Source: Shumkonia mesophila (GTDB lineage Bacteria; Pseudomonadota; Alphaproteobacteria; Rhodospirillales; Shumkoniaceae). From it: DNA of 24,000 bases. The stretch covers positions 27,217 through 51,216 of the forward strand of contig NZ_JAOTID010000008.1 of assembly GCF_026163695.1 (NCBI RefSeq). The letters are read 5' to 3'. Under the pieces are notes generated by a model that did no database searches, was not told the DNA's origin, and saw only the letters and a program-made list of their open reading frames with translations. Below are positions 1 through 7,988 of this stretch, in pieces; position 1 is the first letter of the stretch, and the number at the start of each line of letters is the position of its first letter. The position numbers and the translations under genes are program-made.

Positions 1-78
1 CAGCTCGGCCGCCGTGAACTCTTTGGCCTTAAGCCCCGCCGCCGCCTGGGCTATGGTCAGATCGGTGAGCGTGCCCAT
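1..78 (-). CDS. gatA: Glu/Asp-tRNA amidotransferase subunit A, first 26 codons only (gene runs off the window start)
   Basis: Reverse complement of 1-78 reads MGTLTDLTIAQAAAGLKAKEFTAAEL, a GatA-type N-terminus. Its ATG (78-76) shares one base with the gatC stop (TGATG), the usual gatC-gatA coupling. Confidence 0.75.
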   Translation of the reverse strand, partial: MGTLTDLTIAQAAAGLKAKEFTAAEL

Positions 79-365
79 CACTCGACCACCTTCGGCACCG
101 CGAAACAACCCGCCGCAACCTCGGGGGCATTGAGCAGCACCCGCTCGCGGCAATTGCCGTCGGTTACCTCGTCCTTGCGCCTGAAAAGCGACATCTCGGC
201 GACGCTGGTCATCGGCTCGACGCCTTGGGTGTCGACCTCGTTCAGTTGCTCGGCCCAGCCGATGATGCGCGACAACTCGTTGGCCAAGCCGGCCCGCGCT
301 TCGGGCGGAACCTTGATGCGGGCCAAAAAGGCGATGGTCTTGACGGTCTCTTGATCCAGGGGCAT
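78..365 (-). CDS. gatC: Asp-tRNA(Asn)/Glu-tRNA(Gln) amidotransferase subunit C
   Basis: 95-aa ORF MPLDQETVKTIAFLARIKVPPEA...LNEVDTQGVEPMTS... has typical GatC length and motifs and lies directly upstream of the gatA start. Confidence 0.9.
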   Translation of the reverse strand: MPLDQETVKTIAFLARIKVPPEARAGLANELSRIIGWAEQLNEVDTQGVEPMTSVAEMSLFRRKDEVTDGNCRERVLLNAPEVAAGCFAVPKVVE

Positions 366-656
366 GGGAAAAGCGTCTCCGCTCAGGAGGAGACCCCGAA
401 GACGGGGAATTCCGGGATTTTCGGCGCGTGCGCGGCGCGGAAAGTACCACCCGGCCGTCGCCCGCGCAACCCGGCCATGACGGGAAATAGGCCCGCTACC
501 GTGTTCTCGCCGGCCAGGATCTTCCCACCGCCCCGGCGCCCGATCGACCGTTCAGCCGTCAGGGAACGTCCTGGCCGGCGGCGAGTTTACGGCCCGGGGC
601 GGCACGGCGGCCGCCGGCCGTCCCGTTTGCGTGCGGCAGGAAGCGAGGTGAGCGCC

Positions 657-1397
657 ATGGGCAGATTTTCGGACAAGCGGATTCTCATTACCGGAGGCAG
701 CAGCGGGATTGGGTTGGCCGGCGCGCTGCGCATCGCCGAGGAGGGCGGCGCGGTCGGCGTCACGGGCCGGAACGAGGAACACCTGGCGGAGGCCCGCCGC
801 CTCCTTCCCCCGGGCTCGCCGGTCCTTGCCAACGATGCCGCCGACCCCGCGGCCGCCGACGAGTTGGCCGCCGAAGTCCGGCGCACCGGCCTTCTCGACG
901 GGCTTTGGCTCAATGCCGGGATCGCCGCGGTCGCCGCCATCGACGAGGTCGACGCCACCTTCTTCGACCGCATGATGAACGTCAATGTCCGGGGGCCGAT
1001 CCTTCAGATCGCCAAGCTGGCTGAGTACCTCAAGCCCGGGGCCTCGGTCGTCCTGACGTCGTCCACCTCGGCCTACGAGCGGGCGCCGGCGGCCAGCGTC
1101 TATGCCGCCACCAAGGGCGCGATCCTTTCCGCCGCCCGCTGTTGGGCCGCCGCCCTGTCGGGCCGGCACATCCGGGTGAACGTGTTGGTCCCCGGCGCCA
1201 TCGACACCAACTTCCGGGACTTCATGTCGACCGATTTTCGAAAGCAGTTCGAGGACGACGTCGTGAGCCGCGTGCCGCTCAGCCGAATCGGCTCGCCGGA
1301 GGAGGCGGCCGCCGTCGCCCTGTTCCTGCTTTCCGACGAAGCCTCGTACGTCACCGGAAGCCAGTATCCCGTCGATGGCGGCCTGACCATGCGTTAG
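657..1397 (+). CDS. Short-chain dehydrogenase/reductase (SDR) family oxidoreductase
   Basis: Internal ATG at 657 of ORF 225..1397, preceded by GGAAGCGAGG. It has the Rossmann motif TGGSSGIGLA, an NAGI motif and the catalytic S...YAATK. The 144 upstream in-frame codons are Pro/Arg-rich and look non-coding. Confidence 0.85.
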   Translation: MGRFSDKRILITGGSSGIGLAGALRIAEEGGAVGVTGRNEEHLAEARRLLPPGSPVLANDAADPAAADELAAEVRRTGLLDGLWLNAGIAAVAAIDEVDATFFDRMMNVNVRGPILQIAKLAEYLKPGASVVLTSSTSAYERAPAASVYAATKGAILSAARCWAAALSGRHIRVNVLVPGAIDTNFRDFMSTDFRKQFEDDVVSRVPLSRIGSPEEAAAVALFLLSDEASYVTGSQYPVDGGLTMR

Positions 1398-1400
1398 GGG

Positions 1401-2516
1401 TTATTGCACCGGCTCGGCCAACATCTTCCACACGTCGCCGCCCCAGGCGGTGGGGGCCAAGGCGGCGGCAGCGGCCAGGGCCTCGGCCACCGAAGTGGCG
1501 GGCGCCTCGCGGTTCGTCGGCGTCGCCCCCAGATCCTTGACCGAGACGCCGTCGAAGACGATTTTCGACTCGGCCCGGCGATAGAGGAAGACCGTCGAGA
1601 AAATCTCGTCGTAGTCGCGCGCCACGTCCAGCAGGTCGACGCTGATCTGGTAGACTTGGTTGTCGGAAAGCTGGAACGGCGCCTCGGTGATGAACATGAA
1701 GCCGGGGAAGTTGAGCTTGCGGCCCTCGACCTCGCAGCGCCAGTCCATGTCGTAGTCGGCGGTTTCGATGATGTCGTCCTCGACCGGCGTCTTGCCGGTA
1801 AAGCGGATGGAAAAGCCGCAGGTGCCGCCGCCCGCCAGCGCCGCCTTGCCGTTGACCGGCATCAAGAGGTTGCCGTCGATCAAGGGCAGCAGGGCCTCGC
1901 GCGGCACGAAACCCATTTCGCGGCCGCTCCAGCGCACCGCCAGCCATTTGCCGTCGCCGCTGGCCCCCATGGCCTCGACCCGGGTGCCGCGCTCGATCTG
2001 GCCGTTCTTGGTGGCGTTGGCCGCCGGTTTGGCGCGCACCACGGTTTCGGCCACCGCCAGAAAGCGCCCGGAGGCCGGCGCCACCGGCTTGCCCCCGGCG
2101 CCCACGATGCGCCCGGCCTTGTCGCGCTCCAGCGGCGCCTGCTTGACCGCCTTGAGGTAGGATTCGAAGACGAAGCCGAGGTCGCGCCCGCCGCGCCTGA
2201 CCGCCACCCAGCCGCCCTTGACCTTGCCCGCGGCCTCCAGCTCGGTGCCGACGCCCGCCTGCGCCACCTTGTCGGCGTCGCTGGCCGGCGCCGAGCGCAC
2301 GTTGACGTCCTTCACCACCACGTAGATGCCGCTCAGGGGTTCGACAGCGACGCCCATGAATTCGATGTTGGCCGCCACCGCGTCGAGGGCCGGCGCGAAA
2401 GCCGCCATCGCCAGACCCAGCACCAAACCGCGCCACGCCCGCCCCCGGGCACCGCCCCACCGCCGCCGTCCGCCGGCGCCAAGCGCCGCTGGAAGCGAAC
2501 CGGCCATTTCCCCCAT
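1401..2516 (-). CDS. Secreted protein with two bacterial SH3 (SH3b)-like domains and an unassigned C-terminal domain
   Basis: The N-terminus has an Arg-rich n-region plus hydrophobic LVLGLAMAAFAPALDAVAA, which resembles a signal peptide. Two ~60-aa SH3b-like segments are present (VNVRSAPASDADKV..GGWVAVRRGGRDLGFVFESYL and VVRAKPAANATKNG..GKWLAVRWSGREMGFVPREAL). About 150 C-terminal aa are unassigned. The start is ambiguous (GTG 2534, ATG 2516, ATG 2507). Confidence 0.7.
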   Translation of the reverse strand: MGEMAGSLPAALGAGGRRRWGGARGRAWRGLVLGLAMAAFAPALDAVAANIEFMGVAVEPLSGIYVVVKDVNVRSAPASDADKVAQAGVGTELEAAGKVKGGWVAVRRGGRDLGFVFESYLKAVKQAPLERDKAGRIVGAGGKPVAPASGRFLAVAETVVRAKPAANATKNGQIERGTRVEAMGASGDGKWLAVRWSGREMGFVPREALLPLIDGNLLMPVNGKAALAGGGTCGFSIRFTGKTPVEDDIIETADYDMDWRCEVEGRKLNFPGFMFITEAPFQLSDNQVYQISVDLLDVARDYDEIFSTVFLYRRAESKIVFDGVSVKDLGATPTNREAPATSVAEALAAAAALAPTAWGGDVWKMLAEPVQ

Positions 2517-2627
2517 GATCTTCCCGCACCCCACCCGAAACTAGAAATTACAATGCTCTAGACGATATGATATCGGAGCGAAGTCACCGTCTCCACAGTC
2601 TTTTTTCAGAGGAAATCCCAGCCACCC

Positions 2628-3101
2628 ATGGCCATCGTCGACATCCGAGAGTTGCGGGCCCTGGTCCCGCGAGGGCGGCGCATCATTGGCCTCGACCCCG
2701 GCACCAAGACCGTCGGCGTCGCCGTCTCCGACGTCAGCGGCCGGCTGGCGACCCCTCTCGAAACCCTCCGGCGCACCAAGTTTCGGGCCGACGCCCTGCG
2801 CCTCGCCCACCTCATCTCCGAGCACGAGGTGGGCGGCATGGTGATCGGGCTGCCCATCAGCATGGACGGGGCCGAGGGGCCGCGCTGCCAGTCGGTGCGC
2901 CAGTTCGCCGAGAACCTGCTGGAGGTCATCGACCTGCCGACGGCGTTCTGGGACGAGCGGCTGTCCACCGCGGCGGTCGAACGCTTTCTGATCGGCGAGG
3001 CCGACATGACGCGTGCGCGCCGCGCCCAGGTCATCGACCGCGCGGCCGCCGCCTACATCCTGCAAGGCGCGCTCGACCGCATGGGCACGGCGGAAAGGTG
3101 A
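2628..3101 (+). CDS. ruvX: Holliday junction resolvase-like protein RuvX/YqgF
   Basis: 157-aa ORF with IGLDPGTKTVGVAVSD, GLPISMDG and DERLST..A motifs typical of the YqgF family. Confidence 0.9.
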   Translation: MAIVDIRELRALVPRGRRIIGLDPGTKTVGVAVSDVSGRLATPLETLRRTKFRADALRLAHLISEHEVGGMVIGLPISMDGAEGPRCQSVRQFAENLLEVIDLPTAFWDERLSTAAVERFLIGEADMTRARRAQVIDRAAAAYILQGALDRMGTAER

Positions 3102-3285
3102 GGGCCGCCCGGATGCATAATTCCTTCCGTCATGCCACGGCGTCAGCCCGGGGCATCCAGCCTGCGGAGGGGCCTGGATTGCCCGGGCGAAGCCGGGAAA
3201 TGATGGGAATGGAGGACGGCGGTCAGGCCTGTTTCGCCTGTGAAATCAAGGCTCCACCTCGGCGAAGGCAGAAAGGTTCTTCGCC

Positions 3286-4209
3286 ATGACAACCATCGTC
3301 CTCAGCCTGGCCCCGGTGTTCCTGCTGATCGTCGCCGGCTACGTCATGAAGCGGGCCGAATGGCTGCCCGAGGCCTTCTGGCCGGGGGCCGAGAAACTCA
3401 CCTATTACGTGCTGTTCCCGGCGCTGCTTGTCGAAAACACGGCGAAGGCCGCGCTGGGCGATATCGCCGTCGGGCCGGTCGCCGGGGCGTTGATCGTCCC
3501 CATCCTGGCCGTCGGCGGATTGGTCCTGCTGGCCCGCCCGCTCATGGGGACCGACGGGCCGTCGTTTACCTCGGTCTTCCAGGGGGCCATGCGGCCCAAC
3601 ACCTACGTCGGCATCGCCGGCGCCTTTGCCCTCTTCGGCGGGCCCGGCCTGACGCTGACGGCGCTGGCCATCGTCTGCTGCGTGCCCACCGTGAATGTGC
3701 TCGGCGTTGCCGCGCTGCTGCGCTTCGCGCCGCCGGCCGGCGGCCGCCGCCTCGGTTGGCGGGCGCTGATCCTTCCGGTGCTCAGCAATCCGCTGATCGT
3801 CGCCCCCTTCATTGGCGTGGTCCTGAATGCCGGCGGCATCGGCTCGCCGCCGGTGATCGGGCCGTTCCTCGACATCCTCGGGAAAGCCGCGCTTCCGGTC
3901 GGCCTGATGGCGGTGGGGGCCGGTCTCGACTTCGCCGCGGTCCGCCCGGCCGGCCGCCTGGTCGCCGCCTCCTCGGCGATCAAGCTTCTGGTGCTGCCGG
4001 CGCTGACATACGCGGCCGGGCGCCTGCTCGGGCTCGATGCGCTGGCCCTCTCGGTGGTGGTGCTCTATGCCACCCTGCCGGTTTCGGCCTCTTCTTATGT
4101 CCTGGCCCGCCAGATGGGCGGCAACGCACCCCTCATGGCCGGCATCATCACGGCGACCACCATCGGAGCCGCGCTGACCATGCCAGCGATCCTGGCACTG
4201 CTCGCCTAG
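3286..4209 (+). CDS. AEC (auxin efflux carrier) family transporter
   Basis: 307-aa polytopic membrane ORF. The N-terminus MTTIVLSLAPVFLLIVAGYVMKR and the overall ~10 TM layout match AEC-family membrane transport proteins. Confidence 0.85.
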   Translation: MTTIVLSLAPVFLLIVAGYVMKRAEWLPEAFWPGAEKLTYYVLFPALLVENTAKAALGDIAVGPVAGALIVPILAVGGLVLLARPLMGTDGPSFTSVFQGAMRPNTYVGIAGAFALFGGPGLTLTALAIVCCVPTVNVLGVAALLRFAPPAGGRRLGWRALILPVLSNPLIVAPFIGVVLNAGGIGSPPVIGPFLDILGKAALPVGLMAVGAGLDFAAVRPAGRLVAASSAIKLLVLPALTYAAGRLLGLDALALSVVVLYATLPVSASSYVLARQMGGNAPLMAGIITATTIGAALTMPAILALLA

Positions 4210-4240
4210 GTCCGAGGTTTCGTTGTCCGCGCGACCGCGC

Positions 4241-5818
4241 CTACCGCCGGGCCGGAGTCATGACCAGGCCGGCGGTGCGCAGGGCCAGGCCCATCAGGGG
4301 GGGCGACAGCAGGCGGATGGCACCGACATAGATCAGTGCGCCCACCGGCACCAGCAGAGCGAGTTCGGCCGCCGACGCGAGGTCGGCCGGCAGGGCGAGG
4401 CGCAGCAGGACCAGCCCCCCCGCCATGGCGACGGAAGCGCCGGCCGGGGCGGCGAGCGGCGCCAGCAGCCGATCGGCCGGTACCGCCAGCAGACGGACCG
4501 CCAGGAAGGCATGCTGTAGCGGCACCAGCAGGGAGGTGCGCGCCACCCACACACTGGTGACGGCATAAAGCCCGAACGGCGCCGCGGCCAGGGCGCCGCC
4601 CAGCCCGACGGCGACGAAGATCACCGTCGTCGCCAACCCCCAGCCGGCGTGGTCGGTCGCCCGGTAGAGCGCGGCCAGGAACATGCCGTAGAAGGCCGGG
4701 ATGAGTTCGAGCGCCAGCACGGCGAGCAGCGGGATGCTGGTCTGCCATTTGTCGTCGAAGGCAGCCAGCACGAGCGGCCGGTCGATCATCACGATGCCGA
4801 CGGCGACCGGAAAGCCGACCAGGCAGGCAAGCCGAGTCGCATTGACGAAGGCGTCGGCCATGGCGGCCCGGTCGTGCTGGAGCTTCGAAAAGGCGCTGAG
4901 CCCGACCTGATAGACGGCGCTGGAGATCAGCGAGCGGATGAGTTGCACGGCGCGCCAGGCCAGCGTGAAGTAGCCGAGCGCGGTGGTCCCGAAGACCGTG
5001 CCCACCAGCAAAATCAGCGTCTGTTCGCCAGCGCCGCCGAGGACCTGGCAGAGCGACACCTGGGCGCCGAAGGCCCACATCTCGCGAAACCGCCGGCCGG
5101 AAAAGCGGAGCCGGGGCCGCCACGGGCCGACGGCGAACGCCGCCGTCGTCGCCACCTGGCCGACCAGCTGCTGGCCGACCAGGGCCCAATAGCCGTAGCC
5201 GGCGAACGCCATGCCGATGCCCACCGCGGCGCCGAGGCCGCGCCCCAGGAGCGAACGCCGGGCGACGGCATCGAAGCGCATCTCGCGGCGGAAGAGCGCG
5301 ATCTGCACGCTGCTCAGCGCACCCAGCGGCAGCACCGGCGACAGCCAGCGGAGCACGTCGGCCAGCGGCGGCGCGTCGAGCGCGGCGGCGGCCATGTCGG
5401 CGCCGGCCAGGCAGGCCGCCATCAGGGCCAGCGCGATGGCGAGCGTGCTCCAAAACGCGGTGTCCAGGTGGTCGGCTTCGAGGGCCGGACGCTGCACCAC
5501 GGCGTCGGCGAAGCTGTGGGCGGTCAAAAGAAGGCTGAAGGTGATGAAGACGGTGGCCAGCGCCATGATGCCGAAATCTTCGGGCGACAGCAGCCGGGCG
5601 AGGATGACAAAGCTGACCAACGAGATCAGCGCGACGCCGACGCTCTCGCCGGTCGCCCACACCAGTCCCTTGAGACTGCGGGTCTTGAGGTCGTGCAGCA
5701 TTCCGGGCCCGTATCCGATTCCGGCGTCGGCCTTGATAGCAAACCGCGGGCGGCTGCCCGTGTGAACAAACGGTGACTTGCGCGCTTCCCACGGTATTGA
5801 CGAGTGGGGGATGCTCAC
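4241..5818 (-). CDS. Polysaccharide biosynthesis protein / oligosaccharide flippase (MOP/Wzx-like)
   Basis: 525-aa ORF with about 12-14 hydrophobic segments and a Polysacc_synt-like N-terminal region (LKGLVWATGESVGVALISLVSFVILARLLSPEDFG). The GTG start at 5818 overlaps the stop of the upstream glycosyltransferase by 4 nt (GTGA). An alternative ATG lies at 5701. Confidence 0.8.
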   Translation of the reverse strand: MSIPHSSIPWEARKSPFVHTGSRPRFAIKADAGIGYGPGMLHDLKTRSLKGLVWATGESVGVALISLVSFVILARLLSPEDFGIMALATVFITFSLLLTAHSFADAVVQRPALEADHLDTAFWSTLAIALALMAACLAGADMAAAALDAPPLADVLRWLSPVLPLGALSSVQIALFRREMRFDAVARRSLLGRGLGAAVGIGMAFAGYGYWALVGQQLVGQVATTAAFAVGPWRPRLRFSGRRFREMWAFGAQVSLCQVLGGAGEQTLILLVGTVFGTTALGYFTLAWRAVQLIRSLISSAVYQVGLSAFSKLQHDRAAMADAFVNATRLACLVGFPVAVGIVMIDRPLVLAAFDDKWQTSIPLLAVLALELIPAFYGMFLAALYRATDHAGWGLATTVIFVAVGLGGALAAAPFGLYAVTSVWVARTSLLVPLQHAFLAVRLLAVPADRLLAPLAAPAGASVAMAGGLVLLRLALPADLASAAELALLVPVGALIYVGAIRLLSPPLMGLALRTAGLVMTPARR

Positions 5819-6780
5819 AGCCTGGGCGCGAACAGCGCGAACGCCTTCTCGGCGATGGCCATGCCGTAGGTGGTCGGTCCCGGCACCCGGCCCAGGTCAC
5901 GCAGCGCCGCCATGTGCTGGCGCCGCAGCAAAGCGCCGCCCGGAGTGAGATAGGTGCGCAGCAGCATCCGGCAGTAGCGCCGCACATGGCGCCCCTCGGT
6001 GGCGCGCAGTTCGGCGGCATCGAAATAATCGGGGCCATATTCGATGAGCATGCCGAGATAGTCGCGTATCGTCGTGGTACCTGACTCCTCGTCCAGGCGC
6101 GAGAAAGCCAGTACCTCGTGCACGAATCCGAAATCGCAGGTGGGCAGCACCTCAAGGAAGACGGCGATGTCTTCGTGCAGGCGCTGGGAGCGATAGAACG
6201 GGCGGCGGGCCCGCACCAGGTCGGCCCGTATCAGGTTGGTGGTGGGGGCGATGGCAAAAACCCGCCCGGCCAGGAACAGCCGGCCGATCTCACGGCCGGA
6301 AAACACCTCGCTCTCCTTCGGCAGCCCGCCGCATTCGATGGCCTCGCCGCGGCGCCGCAACGAGCCGACGATGCCGACGGCGGGATGGCGAAGCCCGACG
6401 TCGACCATCCGTTCGATGGCCCGCGGATACATCATGTCGTCGGCCGGCAACAACCAGCAGTAGCGGGCCTCGGGCGACATCAGTTCGATGGCGCGGTTCC
6501 AGTTGTCGAGCATGGAGAGCGTCGCCTCGTTGCGGTACATCCGGACCCGCCGGTCGCGCCCGGCGTGGCGGGCCGCGATGGTTGCGGTGTCGTCGGTGCT
6601 GGCGTTGTCGAGAATGACGTGCTCAAGCTCCGCGTGGCTCTGGGCGCGCACGCTGTCGATGCAGACGTCAAGATACCGGCCGCCGTTGTAGACGGGCGTC
6701 ACCACACTGACGAGGGCTGAATCGGCCACTGCGTTCGGCTCTCCGCTCCAGGGATGGCCATCGCCCAAAGTATCGCCCAT
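5815..6780 (-). CDS. Family 2 glycosyltransferase
   Basis: GT2 signature VSVVTPVYNGGRYLDVCIDSVRAQS...LDNASTDDT and a downstream DD motif. ATG at 6780 is preferred over the TTG at 6807 used by the ORF track, because G-rich SD-like GGGGGGACGG precedes 6780 whereas CCTCC precedes 6807. Confidence 0.85.
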   Translation of the reverse strand: MGDTLGDGHPWSGEPNAVADSALVSVVTPVYNGGRYLDVCIDSVRAQSHAELEHVILDNASTDDTATIAARHAGRDRRVRMYRNEATLSMLDNWNRAIELMSPEARYCWLLPADDMMYPRAIERMVDVGLRHPAVGIVGSLRRRGEAIECGGLPKESEVFSGREIGRLFLAGRVFAIAPTTNLIRADLVRARRPFYRSQRLHEDIAVFLEVLPTCDFGFVHEVLAFSRLDEESGTTTIRDYLGMLIEYGPDYFDAAELRATEGRHVRRYCRMLLRTYLTPGGALLRRQHMAALRDLGRVPGPTTYGMAIAEKAFALFAPRL

Positions 6781-6981
6781 CCGTCCCCCCCGGCGAAATC
6801 GGCGCAAAGGAGGATCACCGATTGTTCACATGCCGCCGCGCACCGGACATCCTTCGGCTGGGCCGCTTCGCCGACCGTGCTCGGGATGAGGACCTAAAGC
6901 CACGACCTCATGCCGAAAAGGCCCGAAGAGTCGTCTCGAAGCATGGCCTCTGGATTCAGAAGTTTTCCACAACATCTGGTC

Positions 6982-7011
6982 TTGCACGCCCGTCGGGGCC
7001 GGTCTTATAGT
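6982..7011 (+). promoter_or_regulatory. Putative sigma70-type promoter of pyrB (TTGCAC-N18-TATAGT)
   Basis: TTGCAC at 6982-6987 and TATAGT at 7006-7011. The -10 box ends 8 nt before the pyrB ATG, and no SD lies in between. Confidence 0.35.
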
Positions 7012-7019
7012 GGCGGCTC

Positions 7020-7988
7020 ATGAGCAACCCCCATATCAACGCCCTCTTCCCGCATCGCCATTTGTTGGCCATCGAAGGGCTTTCATCCCAGGAAATCACG
7101 CTTCTGCTCGACATCGCCGAAGGCTACGTCGAGCAGAACCGCCAGGCAGACAAGAAGAAGTCGCTGCTGCGCGGGCGTACCATCATCAACCTCTTTTTCG
7201 AGGCGTCCACCCGCACGCGGACGTCCTTCGAACTGGCCGGCAAGCGACTGGGCGGCGACGTCATCAACATGACAGTGGCCACCAGCTCGGTGAAGAAGGG
7301 CGAAACGCTCATCGACACCGCGATGACGCTGAATGCCATGCACCCCGACGTGCTGATCGTCAGGCACCAGGATTCGGGCGCCGTCAAGCTGCTCTCCGAA
7401 AAGGTCAACTGCGCGGTCATCAACGCCGGCGACGGAACGCACGCCCATCCCACCCAGGCGCTGCTGGATGCGTTGACCATCCGCCGGCGCAAGGGCAAGC
7501 TGGCCGGACTCAAGGTCGCCATCTGCGGCGACATCCTGCATTCCCGGGTGGCGCGTTCCAACATCGAGCTCCTGACCACCATGGGGGCCGAGGTGCGCCT
7601 CGTCGCCCCGAAGACGCTGATCCCCACCGCGGTCGAGCGGATGGGCGCCAAGGTCTTCCACTCCATGAAGGACGGCATCGCGGATTGCGACATCGTCATG
7701 ATGCTGCGCCTGCAGACCGAGCGCATGCAGGGCGGCTTCTTCCCGTCGGTCCGCGAATACTTCCACTTCTTCGGGCTGGATTACGAGAAGCTGGCCGCCG
7801 CCAAGCCCGACGCGCTGATCATGCATCCGGGCCCAATGAACCGCGGCGTCGAGATCGATTCCCTGGTCGCCGACGACTACGGCCGCAGCGTCATTCGCGA
7901 ACAGGTGGAAATGGGGGTCGCGGTGCGCATGGCCTGCCTGGACCTGCTGACCCGCAACCTCCCCAACTCTGATTTGAAGAACCTGTGA
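7020..7988 (+). CDS. pyrB: Aspartate carbamoyltransferase catalytic subunit
   Basis: 322-aa ORF with the STRTR motif ([13 protein letters not shown]), HPTQ and HPGP motifs, which are canonical for ATCase. Confidence 0.95.
   Translation: MSNPHINALFPHRHLLAIEGLSSQEITLLLDIAEGYVEQNRQADKKKSLLRGRTIINLFFEASTRTRTSFELAGKRLGGDVINMTVATSSVKKGETLIDTAMTLNAMHPDVLIVRHQDSGAVKLLSEKVNCAVINAGDGTHAHPTQALLDALTIRRRKGKLAGLKVAICGDILHSRVARSNIELLTTMGAEVRLVAPKTLIPTAVERMGAKVFHSMKDGIADCDIVMMLRLQTERMQGGFFPSVREYFHFFGLDYEKLAAAKPDALIMHPGPMNRGVEIDSLVADDYGRSVIREQVEMGVAVRMACLDLLTRNLPNSDLKNL

Noticed and set aside
225-656. 144-codon N-terminal extension of the SDR ORF, and the 290-nt apparently empty gap between gatC and the SDR gene (possible hidden gene or RNA).
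   Set aside because: The extension is Pro/Arg-rich with no SD at 225, whereas ATG 657 has a good SD and starts right at the Rossmann fold. I saw only one short hairpin (GTCTCC/GGAGAC near 373-395) and no recognisable RNA motif.
1351-2561. Long overlapping ORFs in other frames or on the other strand of the SH3b gene (1351..2529 -, 1404..2561 +, 1768..2160 +).
   Set aside because: Their translations are Arg/Gly/Pro/Ala-rich low-complexity sequence, typical of shadow frames in high-GC coding DNA. The 1401..2534 frame has the domain-like, compositionally normal protein.
2541-2580. AT-rich divergent promoter region with small palindromes (CTAGA...TCTAG at 2541-2561; CGATATGATATCG at 2563-2575) between the SH3b gene and ruvX.
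   Set aside because: These are real in the sequence but short enough to arise by chance in an AT-rich promoter. There is no regulator nearby to tie them to, so they are not promoted to a finding.
4206-6155. 649-aa minus-strand ORF and several plus-strand ORFs (4649..5776, 5211..5765, 6118..6720) overlapping the flippase and GT2 genes.
   Set aside because: They have Arg/Pro/Gly-rich nonsense composition and no motifs. The 4241..5818 and 5815..6807 frames give clean membrane-protein and GT2 sequences.
6822-7010. 62-aa plus-strand ORF in the GT2 / pyrB divergent intergenic region.
   Set aside because: It has no SD and atypical composition, and it overlaps the predicted pyrB promoter. It is more likely non-coding.
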